Assembly (NCBI GenBank): GCA_963675745.2
Contig: CAXXWX010000019.1
Coordinates: 96,001-160,000, forward strand
From: Phycisphaerae bacterium
GTDB taxonomy: Bacteria; Planctomycetota; Phycisphaerae; UBA1845; Fen-1342
DNA: 64,000 nucleotides
Direction of reading: 5' to 3'
Shown here: positions 48,779-60,900 of the stretch, one piece after another
How positions within the stretch are numbered: the stretch's first letter is position 1
Layout of the letters: each line of letters starts with the position of its first letter
Position numbers and translations under genes: made by a program
Notes under the pieces: model-generated
Told to the model about the DNA's origin: nothing
What the model saw: only the letters and a program-made list of their open reading frames with translations
Database searches by the model: none

Positions 48779-51700
48779 CTATTCTGGATTGCCGTACAGG
48801 ACAAAGGCGGACCAGTAGTATGGGTGCTCGTAGGGGTGGTCGGAGTCGGCGGAGTCGGGGACTGGTTGATGGGCCACCTCCGCACCGCGTTCTTCCGGCG
48901 GCGTGTCGTCAACCATGGCTAGTGGGCCGCTGTTCTGCAACTTCCTCAGCTCATCCCGTGTCAGATTGCGCAGCCAGTGCTTGGCCTCGTCGAGCGCCGC
49001 CAGCTTCGAGAGGCATTCGCCAGGCTGATACGTGCGCCGGTGCGCCGTGCGTGGTTCGTCGAACCGGCCCAGCAGATTCTCGTACAGCCGCACCATCAGC
49101 AGGCTGGTCGCTGTGTCATCCACCTTCCACAAGCTGGCGACCACCGTCGGTACGCCCGCCGCGTGGAAGCCCAGCGGGAGCATCATCACGCTGTCGCCGC
49201 GTTTGATGCCACGGCCGGTGTCACACGCGCTCAACACGGCCAACTCGCAGCCCTTGAGCTTGCCAAGCCAGTGACTGAGCAACTCGTCGAGTGTCAGAAA
49301 GCCTATGTCGTCCGGCGAGGGACTCTCCGGCATTGTTAACGCTAGACTGGCGTCATAGGGCCGCTCGCGACTGCCCGTCAGGCCGTGCGTCGCCAAGTGC
49401 AGGAAGCGTGGCACACGCTGGCGCAACGACTCGCGCAACTGCGGAGCGGTGGCGGCATCACCGATGAGCACGATCGCTCCATCGCCGAAGAGCCCGGCGA
49501 TCGATTCCGCCTCACGCTTCGTACCGGGCAGCGGCGGCAGGGATCCGCCGAACAGACGCACCTGGTCAAGGGCCGAAACCTCAGCGGCCTTGCTCTCAAG
49601 CGAACGTGTGGCCGACGCGATCGCTCGAAGACCATTGGCCGGCGCGCTGCGGTCAAGCTGCACACCCATGCGACCGGGAGCCAGCATTGTCTCGACCTCC
49701 TCGCCGTCGCGCCACAGCGTCACCGCGACGTCGCGCGAGTCGGCGCCGCGCTCGCCGGCCTGGACCGCCTTGTTGACCTTGTCGATGGAGCCAACCAGCG
49801 CTTGGTAATCGGCTGCGTCCTGCTCGGCATAGCTGAGGATCACATCACCTCGCCGCAGGCCGGCTTGTGCAGCGTTGGAGCCTTCCACCACCATCGAGAC
49901 GAGCACGCCTTTGTCGGGATAATCCGGATCGGCGGGCGCATCACGATCGAAAATCGGGGCACCCAGCACGACCACGTTATCTGTGCCTCGCGCGGTCGAG
50001 CGTCTTTCTTGCATACGCAGATAGGCTGTTGCTGAGGGCGCGTACGCGATGGGGATGTCGATCCCGAGCGCCTTGAACGGAATTCCATCAAGCAGGCCGT
50101 CAGTGAGAATTACGAGGCGCTTGGCGCCGACGATGCTCTCCCGGATCTCATCAGGCACCAGCTTTTCGATCAGCTCCTCAGCATTGAGCGCCGGTGTTAT
50201 GGTGTTCGGCCGCGTTGCAAGTTGTTGTCGCACCGCCCGTACCCGTTCGGCCAATTCGCCAACCTCACCCACTCCCGCAGCCAGAAACACGCTACGCACT
50301 TCGCCGCAGCCCGCTGGTGGTGTAACAATCAGTAGTACGGTGTCCGCGCTCCAGGCGTAGGTCAGCACTATCTCGTCGCGTTTCAACCGTGCGCGAATCT
50401 CGCCCGTGCTCAGCACCTGCGCGACGGGAAACAGGCCGCGCAGGGCAATGAGTACATCGCTGCCGGCCTGCATCAATGTCTGTCTCTTATGCGCCACATC
50501 GTTGACCAAACCCGCGATTTCCTGGTCAAACCGCGCCAGTTTGGCTTTCCGATCATCCGGTGCGACATCGGAGCGCGATTCGAGTGCCTGACGCTCCTTT
50601 TGCCGAGCGACAAGCAGAATCTCCACGTCGTTGAGGCTGATGCGCGACTGCGCCTCATCTGCCAGAGCCATCTCCAAACGGCGCGCACGTTCAGGTTCTC
50701 CGAGAACGTGGATTTCTGCAGCCATGCTACGCGCGGGGCGTTCGAGCAGATCAAGCAACGCCCGTGCCCGGCCGCGTTCGAGAATTCCTGTCGCTTCGTT
50801 GCGTCGATTAGCTTGCAAAAGCACGCGAGCGTATGAGATTGCACGTCGGTTCAGATCGAGCTCCTGGGCGAACGCCGCTCGCTCTCGCTCACCGCCGACG
50901 ATCTGGGTTCGCATCCGTTCGCTAATCTCAAACGCCTCGCGCGAGAACGGCTCGGCCTCGGCCAGCGCTCCACGGGTTTGGAGGATGCCCGCGAGGTTGT
51001 ATAGGTAGTGCGCTACGTCAGGATGGTCGCCGGGGAAGAGGCGCTGTGCCATCGCCAGTGCGTCCTGTTGAATCGACTCGGCTTGCACAAGCCTACCGCG
51101 GTTCTTTAGGATGACCGCGAGGTCGTTCAGACTGCTGGCGATGCGCGGGTGATCGCCGGGGAAAAGCCGCTGGCGCATCGCCAGCACATCACGAAGAAGC
51201 GCTTCAACCTCGGCCAATTCCCCGCGTTTCTCCAGCGTGTGTGCCAAGTTACTCAGGCTCGTCGCGACGCTGGGGTGATCGCCTGGGAAAAGTCTCTGAC
51301 GCATCGCGAGCGCGTCCCGGTCGAGCAGCTCAGCCTCGTTCAGCATCCCGCGAGCCGACAGGAGGGACGCGAGGTTGCTTAGACTGGTTGCCACTTCGTG
51401 GTGGTCGCCGGGAAACAACCGCTGGCGCATCGCGAGAGCATCACGGTCGAGCAGCTCGGCCTCCGCCAGTGCGCCGCGGGACGACAAGACGAACGCGAGC
51501 GTGCTTAGGCTGGTCGCCACGGCCGGATGGTCGCCGGGGAAGAGCCGCCTGTACATCGCCAGCGCGTCGCGACACAGCGGTTCGGCCTCTGCCGGCGCCC
51601 CGGCGCTCTGGAGGTTGATCGCAAGGTCGTTCAGGCACCGGGCAACCTCCGGGTGATCGCCGGAAAAAAGCCGCCGGGTCATTGCCAGGGCGTCGCGGTG

Positions 51701-53503
51701 AAGTTGCTCGGCCTCGGCCAGCACCCCGCGATCTTGGAGGATCGACGCTAGACCACTCATGCGTGCCACGACAAGTGGATGATCGCCAGGATGCTGCTGT
51801 CGGCACGCCCTTAGCGCCTCACGGTAGAGCTGCTCGGACTCGGCCAGCGCTCCGCGTTCCTTGAGAATGGCCGCGAGATTGTATCGACGGGCCGGGATGT
51901 CTGGATGGCCGTCGGGGAAGAGTCGCTGCGTCATTGCCAACGCTTCGCGGAGATGCGGCTCGGCCTCCGCCAGCGCCCCGCGGAAGAAGAGGATGCCCGC
52001 GAGATTGTTCAGACTGGTCGCAACTTGAGGGTGATCCCCAGGGAACAGCCGCTGACGCATGCCCAACGCCTGTCGGAAAAGCAGTTCAGCCTCGCCGAAC
52101 TCCCCGCGGGCTTGTAGGACGTGCGCGAGGTTGTTCAAGCTGGTCGCCACCGCGACACTGTCACCGGGAAACAACCGCTGGTACATCGCCAGTGCGTCAC
52201 GGTGGAGTGATTCGGCTTCCCCCAACGCTCCTCGCGCTTCAAGGATGTTCGCCAGTCCAAGTAAGCCACTCGCCAGATCCGGATGGTCGCCTGAATGCTG
52301 TTGCTGCTTCGATGCCAGCGCCTCGCGGTAGAGCGACTCAGCAGCCTCTAATTGGCCACGGGCGGCGAGGACGCGCGCGAGACCGGTCAGGCTGGCTGCC
52401 AGGTCAGGATGGCCGCCGGGGAAAAGCCGCTGTCGCATCGCGAGGGCGTCACGATGCAGCGCCTCGGCTTCGGGCAGCGCGCCGCGCTCCTCAATGATGC
52501 GCGCGAGGTTGCTCAAGCTGTTGGCCACGTCGCGATGGTCGCGCGGGAAGAGACGGCGCCGCATCGCCAGTGCGTGGTAGCAGAGTTGCTCGGACTCTTC
52601 CCGCGCGCCGCGTGCGAAGATGGCAGACGCGATGCTTTGCAGGCTCTGCGCCACATCGGGGTGATCGCCGGCGTAGTGCCGCCGGCGCAGCATCAGCGCT
52701 GCACACAGCGCGCGCTCACTAACGGCGTGTCGTCCACTGGCCCATCCGATTGCCCCAATGTCATTGAGACAGGTTGCCAATTCGGGATGCGCGGGGGGGA
52801 AGATCCGGCGACGCACAACTAGCTGACTGACCGCTAACGGCAATGCCCGTTCGTATTCACCCGCTGCGTAGAGCCGGCCTTGCTCAGCCTTGTGTGTCTC
52901 GCTCGACGCCAACTCCCGTCGCGCGGCGGTCGTCAGCGTGCGCAGGTGCTTCAATGTCACTACTTGTTGTTGGGCATCGACGACCTCGTACCAATCCTGC
53001 GGCTGCCCAGCATCAAGCCGAATCTGCACGACATGCTCGGCCAGCCTAATGGCCTCCTCCAACGCCGGCTCCCGCATGGCTCCCGTGTCACCGAGGATGA
53101 CCTGTTTCCGTAGCCCCTCAATCCGTTGCTTCGATTCCCCGATCTGGCCCGCAGTGGGCTCTGGCAGCGTTGGTGGTTTCGGAAGCGTCTCCGGATGACG
53201 CACCATTTCGAGCACTTCCTCCAGCGTCGGAGTCGGCGCCAGGCTGGCGATGATCTCCTCCACCGTCGGCGGATTCAGCCCGGCGATGTACGCATCAAGA
53301 TCAAACGCCTCCCCGATTGAGCGGAACTCCTGTTCGCTCATGGGCCGCTCAGCATTCGGCTGCGACGTAACGTCAGTTGGATTGACAGGCGTATTCTTCC
53401 GCGATCGGTCATCCTGGTCCTGTACCGACGCCGCGCCCGGCGCAACCATGGCCACGAGCAGCAGCGCACCGCTCCCGAGACACAACGCAGTGTGTGACGA
53501 CAT
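48779..53503 (-). CDS. Secreted TPR-repeat CHAT (caspase-like) protease with an inserted PDZ domain
   Basis: Signal-like N-terminus, about 15 42-aa GDHP.VA.SL repeats, HLATHG and LSACDTG dyad, GSNAAQAGLRRGDVI PDZ. Confidence 0.9.
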   Translation of the reverse strand: MSSHTALCLGSGALLLVAMVAPGAASVQDQDDRSRKNTPVNPTDVTSQPNAERPMSEQEFRSIGEAFDLDAYIAGLNPPTVEEIIASLAPTPTLEEVLEMVRHPETLPKPPTLPEPTAGQIGESKQRIEGLRKQVILGDTGAMREPALEEAIRLAEHVVQIRLDAGQPQDWYEVVDAQQQVVTLKHLRTLTTAARRELASSETHKAEQGRLYAAGEYERALPLAVSQLVVRRRIFPPAHPELATCLNDIGAIGWASGRHAVSERALCAALMLRRRHYAGDHPDVAQSLQSIASAIFARGAREESEQLCYHALAMRRRLFPRDHRDVANSLSNLARIIEERGALPEAEALHRDALAMRQRLFPGGHPDLAASLTGLARVLAARGQLEAAESLYREALASKQQQHSGDHPDLASGLLGLANILEARGALGEAESLHRDALAMYQRLFPGDSVAVATSLNNLAHVLQARGEFGEAELLFRQALGMRQRLFPGDHPQVATSLNNLAGILFFRGALAEAEPHLREALAMTQRLFPDGHPDIPARRYNLAAILKERGALAESEQLYREALRACRQQHPGDHPLVVARMSGLASILQDRGVLAEAEQLHRDALAMTRRLFSGDHPEVARCLNDLAINLQSAGAPAEAEPLCRDALAMYRRLFPGDHPAVATSLSTLAFVLSSRGALAEAELLDRDALAMRQRLFPGDHHEVATSLSNLASLLSARGMLNEAELLDRDALAMRQRLFPGDHPSVATSLSNLAHTLEKRGELAEVEALLRDVLAMRQRLFPGDHPRIASSLNDLAVILKNRGRLVQAESIQQDALAMAQRLFPGDHPDVAHYLYNLAGILQTRGALAEAEPFSREAFEISERMRTQIVGGERERAAFAQELDLNRRAISYARVLLQANRRNEATGILERGRARALLDLLERPARSMAAEIHVLGEPERARRLEMALADEAQSRISLNDVEILLVARQKERQALESRSDVAPDDRKAKLARFDQEIAGLVNDVAHKRQTLMQAGSDVLIALRGLFPVAQVLSTGEIRARLKRDEIVLTYAWSADTVLLIVTPPAGCGEVRSVFLAAGVGEVGELAERVRAVRQQLATRPNTITPALNAEELIEKLVPDEIRESIVGAKRLVILTDGLLDGIPFKALGIDIPIAYAPSATAYLRMQERRSTARGTDNVVVLGAPIFDRDAPADPDYPDKGVLVSMVVEGSNAAQAGLRRGDVILSYAEQDAADYQALVGSIDKVNKAVQAGERGADSRDVAVTLWRDGEEVETMLAPGRMGVQLDRSAPANGLRAIASATRSLESKAAEVSALDQVRLFGGSLPPLPGTKREAESIAGLFGDGAIVLIGDAATAPQLRESLRQRVPRFLHLATHGLTGSRERPYDASLALTMPESPSPDDIGFLTLDELLSHWLGKLKGCELAVLSACDTGRGIKRGDSVMMLPLGFHAAGVPTVVASLWKVDDTATSLLMVRLYENLLGRFDEPRTAHRRTYQPGECLSKLAALDEAKHWLRNLTRDELRKLQNSGPLAMVDDTPPEERGAEVAHQPVPDSADSDHPYEHPYYWSAFVLYGNPE

Positions 53504-54039
53504 GGTGACGGCCCTCCAAGTCAATGTACCGTACGCCGGAAATGCCCCGCCTGCCGTACTATTGTGGCCGCCACGCCCCGCTTCCACAACCTGGCCCAGC
53601 AGACCTCGCCGCGCGACCAGCAACACGGCCGCCGTACCAAGCGAATTGCCCTGATCGGAGCGCGCGGGCGCGGCACGCCGCCACCTAGCTGGGCCGTCGT
53701 GCCTGCGCCGCGTTGGATGTACTCGCCGACTACACGGAAAAGACTTCCCAGAGGTTCGTGAGGATCGCCGACACGAACTCGCCCGCGCTGTAGAGCAACG
53801 GCTGAATGATGGCGTGCTGATACATGTGCAATCTCCTCGTGGCGTAAGTGGCCAGGCGATGAATCCGGACCATCCGAATTCCTGCTCGCTGTCGCCTTTT
53901 GACGGTGGTAAGCGGTCGCAGTTGTCTCGCTCAAGCAACCGCCTGCCTTTCACCCCCTCATGCGTAATTGCGGGCGGACATTGCGGGAATTCTTCATTTT
54001 CTATAGAAAGGGGCGTAAGTAGCACTGCTGCATCAATCG

Positions 54040-54390
54040 CTACGGCGACGCGATCCAGGCCGTAACGCAGCAGCCGTAGCACGTCAATCAGGCTGACCCG
54101 CTCCGGTGTCGTCTCCAGATGCACCGCGATCGCCGTCGTCACCGCGCAAGCCAGGTTGTAGATCAACGCAAATGCCAGCAGTTCCCGCTCGACACCATCA
54201 GCATGTTGACTCCGCAAGACACGCATCCCCAACGTCTGCTTCAAATGCCGCAGATTGACCTCCACCTGCCAGCGACGATAGTACAACTCCGCCAACTCCG
54301 CCGCCGGATACACCTCGGCATCGAGCAACGTGGTAACCAAAGTGATCTGCCGTGTGCGATAGCCACGCCAACGCACCTCTCGCTTGACCC
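54040..54390 (-). mobile_element. IS4-family transposase fragment
   Basis: LVTTLLD...LY.RRWQVE..LRHLK (YREK motif). Confidence 0.8.
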
Positions 54391-54691
54391 AATGGTCCTG
54401 TACCACGTTGCATCGCGCATCCATCGGAAGTAAAGGTGATCGCGATTTCGCAGGTCGGCGGCCTGCACCACTGATACACGCGAGTAGCCTGACAGTGTGC
54501 GTCCGTGCTAAAGGCCACGGACCCCAATCCCGAGAGTGAAGATGTCCTCGGCGCCGTCTGCGCCCGTTGTGCTGGTCAGGCCCTTGTCCGGGTCTCTCCT
54601 GTTGAACAGGCGCGATCGGCGCCGCCGGTTCGCCGGCCTTGCACAAGGCCAGTCGTCCGAATTCGCCCGGATGAGATTCTCAGTAACGACA
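54391..54691 (+). mobile_element. 3' remnant of an integrase-core (IS481/IS3-like) element
   Basis: KVIAISQVGGLHH*YTRVA* and an end-like GGATGAGATTCTCAGTAACGACA. Confidence 0.55.
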
Positions 54692-55165
54692 GCATCGCGT
54701 GACAGAGTTTTTCTGGGTGTCTCCCACCAGTGCGCTCGCTTATCCTAACTGATACGACTCTTCGGTGAGTGTATTGATATCGGGGACCAACGATCGCACG
54801 GGCGATAGGATGCCGTGCGCAAGCGTGTACCTCGGTCATCGAACCTCGCCGGGGGCTTCGAAAGTGCAGACACGGTGTCGATGGAGGGTGACGTCGTGTT
54901 GGGCCGCCGCTCGCGCAACTGCTGTGATCTTCAGGGCCGGGTTCAGTTTTCCTCCGGCTGGCGGCTGATCCGCATTTGCACAGAATCCAAGTCACTCTCG
55001 AATCTGCGTAAGGACACACGTCTCGAGCGCCGTGTCGCTGCAACGAGTCACATGACGCGTTGACACGCTCGTGTCCGCGTCGAACCGAGAGCAGTGTATC
55101 TACGTCCACCGGCCAGCAACACTTACTGGCCATCGCATACCCTTCCAGGGTAGGGAGAGGCTACG

Positions 55166-57814
55166 ATGAAAACGAGATTTGCGATCCTGGGAATCGTCTC
55201 GATCGGGCTGTTCATCACGCCCGCGATGGCGACACCACTCGGCAACGCGTTTTCGTACCAGGGGCATGTGATCGACGACGGCGTTCCAGTCGATGGATCG
55301 ATCGCCATGGTCTTCACACTGTACGATGATGAGGTGAGCGGACCGCCGCTTGGTATGGTTGTTTTCGACGGCATCCCGCCCAATCCACCGCCGGTTGATG
55401 TCGCCAACGGGCTGTTCATGGTCGAGTTGGACTTCGGCGTCGAGGTGTTTAACGGCGAGGATCGCTGGCTTGAGCTCACCGTTGATGGTGAAACGGTCAC
55501 GCCGCGCCAGCGGATCACCGCCGTGCCGTACGCCCTCCAGACACGCGGGCTGTTTGTACGGGACAACGGCATGGTGGGCGTCGGGACTACTGACCCGCTG
55601 GCCATGCTTCATGTCGGTGGCGCGGCGGGCGCCGACGGCCTCATGTTCCCGGACGGCACGCTTCAGACGACGGCCTATACCGGTGGTGGAACCGGCGACC
55701 TGTGGACCGACGACGGCGATGATATCTTCAATACGAACGCCGGCAATGTTGGCATCGGAGTGCCGTTGCCGGCCGAGCGTCTCGACGTCGACGGTACGGC
55801 GCAGATGACGGGCTTCAAGCTACCGACCGGCGCCACGGCCGGGCATGTGCTCACCTCGGATGCAGCGGGCACGGGCACATGGCAACCAACCCCCGAGGGC
55901 TATTGGTCCGCCAACGGTGACAACATTTCCAACGACAACGCAGGTAATGTCGGAATCGGAACGGCCACGCCGAAGAGCCTGCTGCATCTCGCAGATGAGG
56001 TGTCCGGCCTGGCGTACCCGCTGAGATTGTCCAACGTTGGCAGCGTTGGGGCAGGCAAAGCCACTGGGATTCTGTTCTATTACGGAACAGACGGCCTTGA
56101 TCGAGGCAAGGGCGGCATTGCCTATGAATACTCCAGCTCATGGAATCGCGGCAACTTCCATATACTCCAGAACTCAGGCGGTGATGACTCGATCGCGGAT
56201 TTGAACGACGCCGTCATGACGATCCAGAATGACGGTTATGTTGGGATCGGCATGACCAACCCGGACGAGATGCTGACGGTGGCTGGCACGATGCACTCCA
56301 CCACCGGTGGCTTCAAGCTGCCCGACGGCACAATCGTCGATGACGCGGGTGACTTGGGTGGCGGCACGTCACTTTGGAATGAAGCCGGCAGCGATATTTA
56401 CTACGACAGTGGCAAAGTCGGTGTCGGGGCTGCGACGCCCAATTCCAGACTGCACGTGAACGGTGATGGCATCGACCCGTCCCTGCGGGTCCAGGTAAAC
56501 GGCAGTTCGAAGCTCATTGTGGCCGCCGGGGGAGGCGTCAGCGTAGGCGCAAACCAGACCAACCCGCCGGCCAGTGGACTCTATGTCGCTGGAGACGTTG
56601 GCATCGGTGTAACAAGCCCTGGGGCCAGGCTGCATGTTGCCGGGGCCGCCGGAACGGACGGCATCATGTTCCCCGACGGCACGCTTCAGACGACCGCATA
56701 TACCGGCGGCGCGGGCGGTGGTTTCTGGGACAACAATGGTGCCGACATCTACAACACCAATGCCGGTTATGTAGGCATCGGGACAACGTCTCCAGCCGCC
56801 GGTCTGCACGTGAGTTCATCGCAGTCTTGGGAAGACGCCATTATCGAGAGCAGCTCAACGAATCTCACGCAGGTCCGTCTGGCCAACACCAGCGGGGGAT
56901 CGGGCGCGGGGGTGGAGCAGCGGTTCTTCTTGCAGGTGAATGGTACCGGTGTCGGTGACCGCGCTGGCAACTTCGAGATCTGGGCCAACGGACCATCCGG
57001 AAACTACAATGTGTTCGCCAGCAACCCGGCCGGCGCTGTCGGCATCAACAGATCCACCCCGACGCACCAACTCCACGTCGTCGCCGACGGCGCCCGCCAC
57101 GCTGTCGCGGGATACACGAGCGCCGTCAACCACGCCGGCGTTTACGGCCAGACGAGCGTTAACCCGAGCACGGACAACGAAGCACCAGCCGTGATGGGGG
57201 TTCAGATGGCCGCAAACGTGCTCGGGGCTCTGGGCTACGCTTGGGCGGACCTTCGGTACACAATCGCCACGGGGGTCTACGGTGAAGGGGCTGGCTCCGA
57301 TTATGCCGGGTACTTCAACGGCAATGTGAACATTACCGGCATGCTGACCAAGGCCAGCGGGTCCTTCCGGATCGACCATCCGCTCGATCCTGAGAACATG
57401 ACACTGTCACATTCGTTCGTCGAATCGCCTGACATGATGAACATCTACAACGGCAACGTATGCACCGATGGCGACGGCAAGGCCACCATTGCGCTCCCGG
57501 ACTGGTTCGAAGCGCTGAATCGCGACTACCGTTATCAACTCACCGTGATCGACGACAGCGATGACTTCGTCCAAGCCAAGATTGCCCGCGAGGTCCGGGA
57601 CGGGAGCTTTGACATTCGCACCAGCAAGCCGCGCACCAAGGTCTCCTGGCAGGTCACCGGGATTCGGCAAGACGCATACGCCAATGCCAATCGCGTACAA
57701 GTTGAGGAAGACAAGCCCGAGTGGGCCCGTGGACGCTATCTGCACCCAGAAGCGTTCGGCCTGACGCGCGCGCGCGGCATCGGTCCGCACGCTGATAGCG
57801 CGGGCGCGGACTAG
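55166..57814 (+). CDS. Secreted fibre/adhesin-like protein with GNVGIG repeats and a chaperone-like C-terminus
   Basis: Signal peptide, AFSYQG N-domain, repeated G.VGIG and FPDGTLQTTAYTGG, FRIDHPLDPEN...HSFVESP. Confidence 0.8.
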   Translation: MKTRFAILGIVSIGLFITPAMATPLGNAFSYQGHVIDDGVPVDGSIAMVFTLYDDEVSGPPLGMVVFDGIPPNPPPVDVANGLFMVELDFGVEVFNGEDRWLELTVDGETVTPRQRITAVPYALQTRGLFVRDNGMVGVGTTDPLAMLHVGGAAGADGLMFPDGTLQTTAYTGGGTGDLWTDDGDDIFNTNAGNVGIGVPLPAERLDVDGTAQMTGFKLPTGATAGHVLTSDAAGTGTWQPTPEGYWSANGDNISNDNAGNVGIGTATPKSLLHLADEVSGLAYPLRLSNVGSVGAGKATGILFYYGTDGLDRGKGGIAYEYSSSWNRGNFHILQNSGGDDSIADLNDAVMTIQNDGYVGIGMTNPDEMLTVAGTMHSTTGGFKLPDGTIVDDAGDLGGGTSLWNEAGSDIYYDSGKVGVGAATPNSRLHVNGDGIDPSLRVQVNGSSKLIVAAGGGVSVGANQTNPPASGLYVAGDVGIGVTSPGARLHVAGAAGTDGIMFPDGTLQTTAYTGGAGGGFWDNNGADIYNTNAGYVGIGTTSPAAGLHVSSSQSWEDAIIESSSTNLTQVRLANTSGGSGAGVEQRFFLQVNGTGVGDRAGNFEIWANGPSGNYNVFASNPAGAVGINRSTPTHQLHVVADGARHAVAGYTSAVNHAGVYGQTSVNPSTDNEAPAVMGVQMAANVLGALGYAWADLRYTIATGVYGEGAGSDYAGYFNGNVNITGMLTKASGSFRIDHPLDPENMTLSHSFVESPDMMNIYNGNVCTDGDGKATIALPDWFEALNRDYRYQLTVIDDSDDFVQAKIAREVRDGSFDIRTSKPRTKVSWQVTGIRQDAYANANRVQVEEDKPEWARGRYLHPEAFGLTRARGIGPHADSAGAD

Positions 57815-57904
57815 ACGATCGGCCCACGCGACGCGCCAGGTGGACAGCGGGCCGATGCCGGCCGCAGTGTCCGACGCTCAGGCGCGCCAGGGAGGCACCT
57901 CACA

Positions 57905-60900
57905 ATGAGATCCGCCATTAAGACAATAGTAGCGATCACCGTCCTGACGCTCACTGTGCTTTCGGTCGATCTACCGACACGCGCTGACGACGGCGTTACG
58001 GGCGAACCCAACCATCCAGCCGCACGCAACCCGGGCGCGACGGTGCCGTGGTATTCGCATGACGCCGGCGGGGCGCGCGGCACGTCGAGTTCATATCAGG
58101 TACTCGGGACAGTCGGGCAACCGGATGCCAGCACTGTACTGATAACACCCGGCGGTCTGCAACTCACGGCAGGTTTCTGGCAACCCTTCATCACCCCACA
58201 GATCGACCGCGTATCGCCGCCATTGCTGGATTCGGCCGGCGGAACGCCGATTCAGATCTTCGGGCAGGGCTTTGGCCCCGGCCTGACGGTGCGCATCAAC
58301 GGCGCCACTGTCACCAACCTGGTAGTGATTGATCAATGGCGGATGACGGCGTTGGCACCCGCGAACCCGGCGGGCACCTACGACGTTGATATCATCCAGA
58401 CCGCCGCAGGTGCAGCCGTTGCGACGCTGCCCGAGGCCGTATCGTACGGGACCGCACGCGCACGACCGATCGCGGACCTCGAATCCGCTCACCTCGGTGA
58501 CCGAATCGTGTTCAGCTGGTCAAATCCGCTGGTGTACGACCAGATCTTCATCAGCGGTTCGGATGGGTCAGAGTACACGTTGCCCGGCGACGCAACCTCG
58601 TTCGTCGTATCTCCCGCTCCGCCCGACCTGTCGGCCGAGTACACTTTGACGCCCTCAATTCAGGGCGAGCCCGCCCATGCTTCGGTCGCCACTGTCGTTC
58701 ACCCCACAATCAACATGACTTGCGAGCGTGAGGGGGTCGACCGGCTTGGGCACATAACCAATCGGTCAATCAGGCTGCGCGGGGATGCGCGCGACGTTGC
58801 GGGTGCATACTTCAGCACAACACTGCCGTACGATTACGGATTCAAACTGGTGGCGTTGCTGAAGCGCGGCTCTAACACAACCAACACCGGCGCGCTACGC
58901 GCCGACCTGTACGACATCAGTGATCCCAATATAACCGTCGCGACGGCCAGCTATGGTGATCTTGCAAAGTTCACGAGCTTCAAGCTCGAGGTGGCGCAGT
59001 TTACCGGGCTACTGCCTGCCGGAGACTACGGCGTTCGGTTGTATGTCGATGGTGGCGCGCCGGACATCGTCGAATTCGAGGTGATGGAGTACTTCAAAGA
59101 CGGAGAGACGTTACCTGACCCAGGGCCTCCTTATCCGTGCCCGCCTTACGCGGCGTTCTTCGTGTCACCCAATGTGTGCGGCGAAATACCGCCGGTGGTG
59201 TCCGGGATCGAGTTGAATCGCGTCACGGAAGCGGAAAACGGTGTTCTGGGTGTGGTCGCCGAAGCAATCGCTGACGACCCTGACGGCGAGGTAGTGGAGT
59301 ATGAGTGGCGGCTGGTGTCGGAATCGCCACTGTCTGAGAAGTCCGACGACTCCTCAGTCATCGCGCGCGTAACCCTGACGCCGGTGGAGCTCATGTTCAT
59401 CTGGCAGTGGTACTTCACGGTTCCTGAATACGGCGACTACAACGTCCGTGTGTGGGTGCGCGACAACGATGGACTGCGCGCCTGGGGCAGCAAGACGCTG
59501 CAAGTCTATCCGCCGGGCGACCCGCCTGCCGCTGGGCAAGGACCGAGAGTCAGTCACCTGTCGCCCGACCCGAATGACGGGCCACTATCACTGGTCCCCG
59601 GTGTCAGCGCGCTCGATCCCAACACACCGGCTGTCTTTCAGGAGTTTCGCGCGTACGTGCAGTCACAGCCGGGCACGATGGTCGCCAACGTCAGCATGGA
59701 GTTGCGCGACGCGGATGACGATACGTTGTTGGCGCCAGCGGAATCGGCGACGACCGCACTGACTGGTGCAGCCGGCTTCTGGCATGCCCGGTTCAACATT
59801 AGCGCGCTGCCACGCCGCGAGCAGGTTGTGCTGCGTATCCACGCCAGCGATTCGGCGGGAATACCCAGCGCAACCGATTGGCTACTCACGTTGAGCCCCA
59901 TTTTCGACGCGGACTGCCTCAACTACGTGAAAACCGACCTAACTTACGATCCGAACGCCGGCCAATATGACGTGGCATTTACACTGCCTGACGACCCGAA
60001 TTGGTTCAACTGCCCAATCACGATACCAGTGATCGACGTTGAGTTGCAAAACCGAGTTGTGGCGTCGTTTAAGACGGCGTTTCGACTGCTCGAGGGCCTG
60101 TGGTCCAGCGAGAAGCTCCGCGGCGAGATCATCGCTGAGTTCTTCAGCATTGATGTGCTGGACAAGTCGTGGGAAGCAAACGCAGTCGGTGAGCCGACCG
60201 AGGCGCCGGAATTCGGCGCGGATTATGAGCTCGTGAGCACACGGAAACTGCACGACACGCTGAAGTTCGACAAGTATCTGCTCAATGACTATCCGCTGTA
60301 CGAAATGCTGTTCTTCCGAGTGACGCTCGATGTACGTATCCTGGCTTGGTACGACACGCTGCTCAAAAACGTCTTGCTGAATCTGTTTGGCGACGAGCCG
60401 TGCGTTGGCCTGAGCGCGACGGCGCTCCCCTGCGGCCGGGCAGACGCGGAGGGGACGGTCAAGGTGTCGGCGGTCGTGGCCTGGGTCGAGGGAGGCGCCC
60501 ATGGCAAGATTCTCGGGGCCTTTCCGATCACGCTCGATTACGTGCCGCCGGCCTCGATTAGGCCCACCTTCGGCTGGTGCTTCAAGTTCAACATCAGTTG
60601 GTTTGCACGGGTCTGCTATGACGTGTGGTTCTCATCCGGTTGCGAGGAGATCGGCGGCGACCTCATCAATACCCACATCCAGGGACCGGGCGACAGGGAT
60701 ACCTGTAGCCAGATTGAGCCGTGCGATTTCGGCGACATCGAACTCTCGCGTCCGCTGCGCCAGGCAAACGCGCCATTTCACAGTCCGGATCAGGCAAGCA
60801 GCCCAGACGGACAACACACCATCGCCGTGTGGATCGACAACGGTGATCCGAATGGGCCGACCTACAAACCCGACGTATTCTTCAAGGTTGACTCCGGCGG

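Noticed and set aside
50950..52800. 126-bp periodic repeats as a CRISPR-like array
   Set aside because: They are coding TPR repeats with codon-level divergence; no identical repeat-spacer pattern or cas genes seen in the window
53504..54646. N-terminal extension making a 1955-aa IS4-transposase/CHAT fusion
   Set aside because: The IS4 fragment is merely in frame through non-coding-looking DNA; a signal-peptide start with GGAGG RBS exists at 53503
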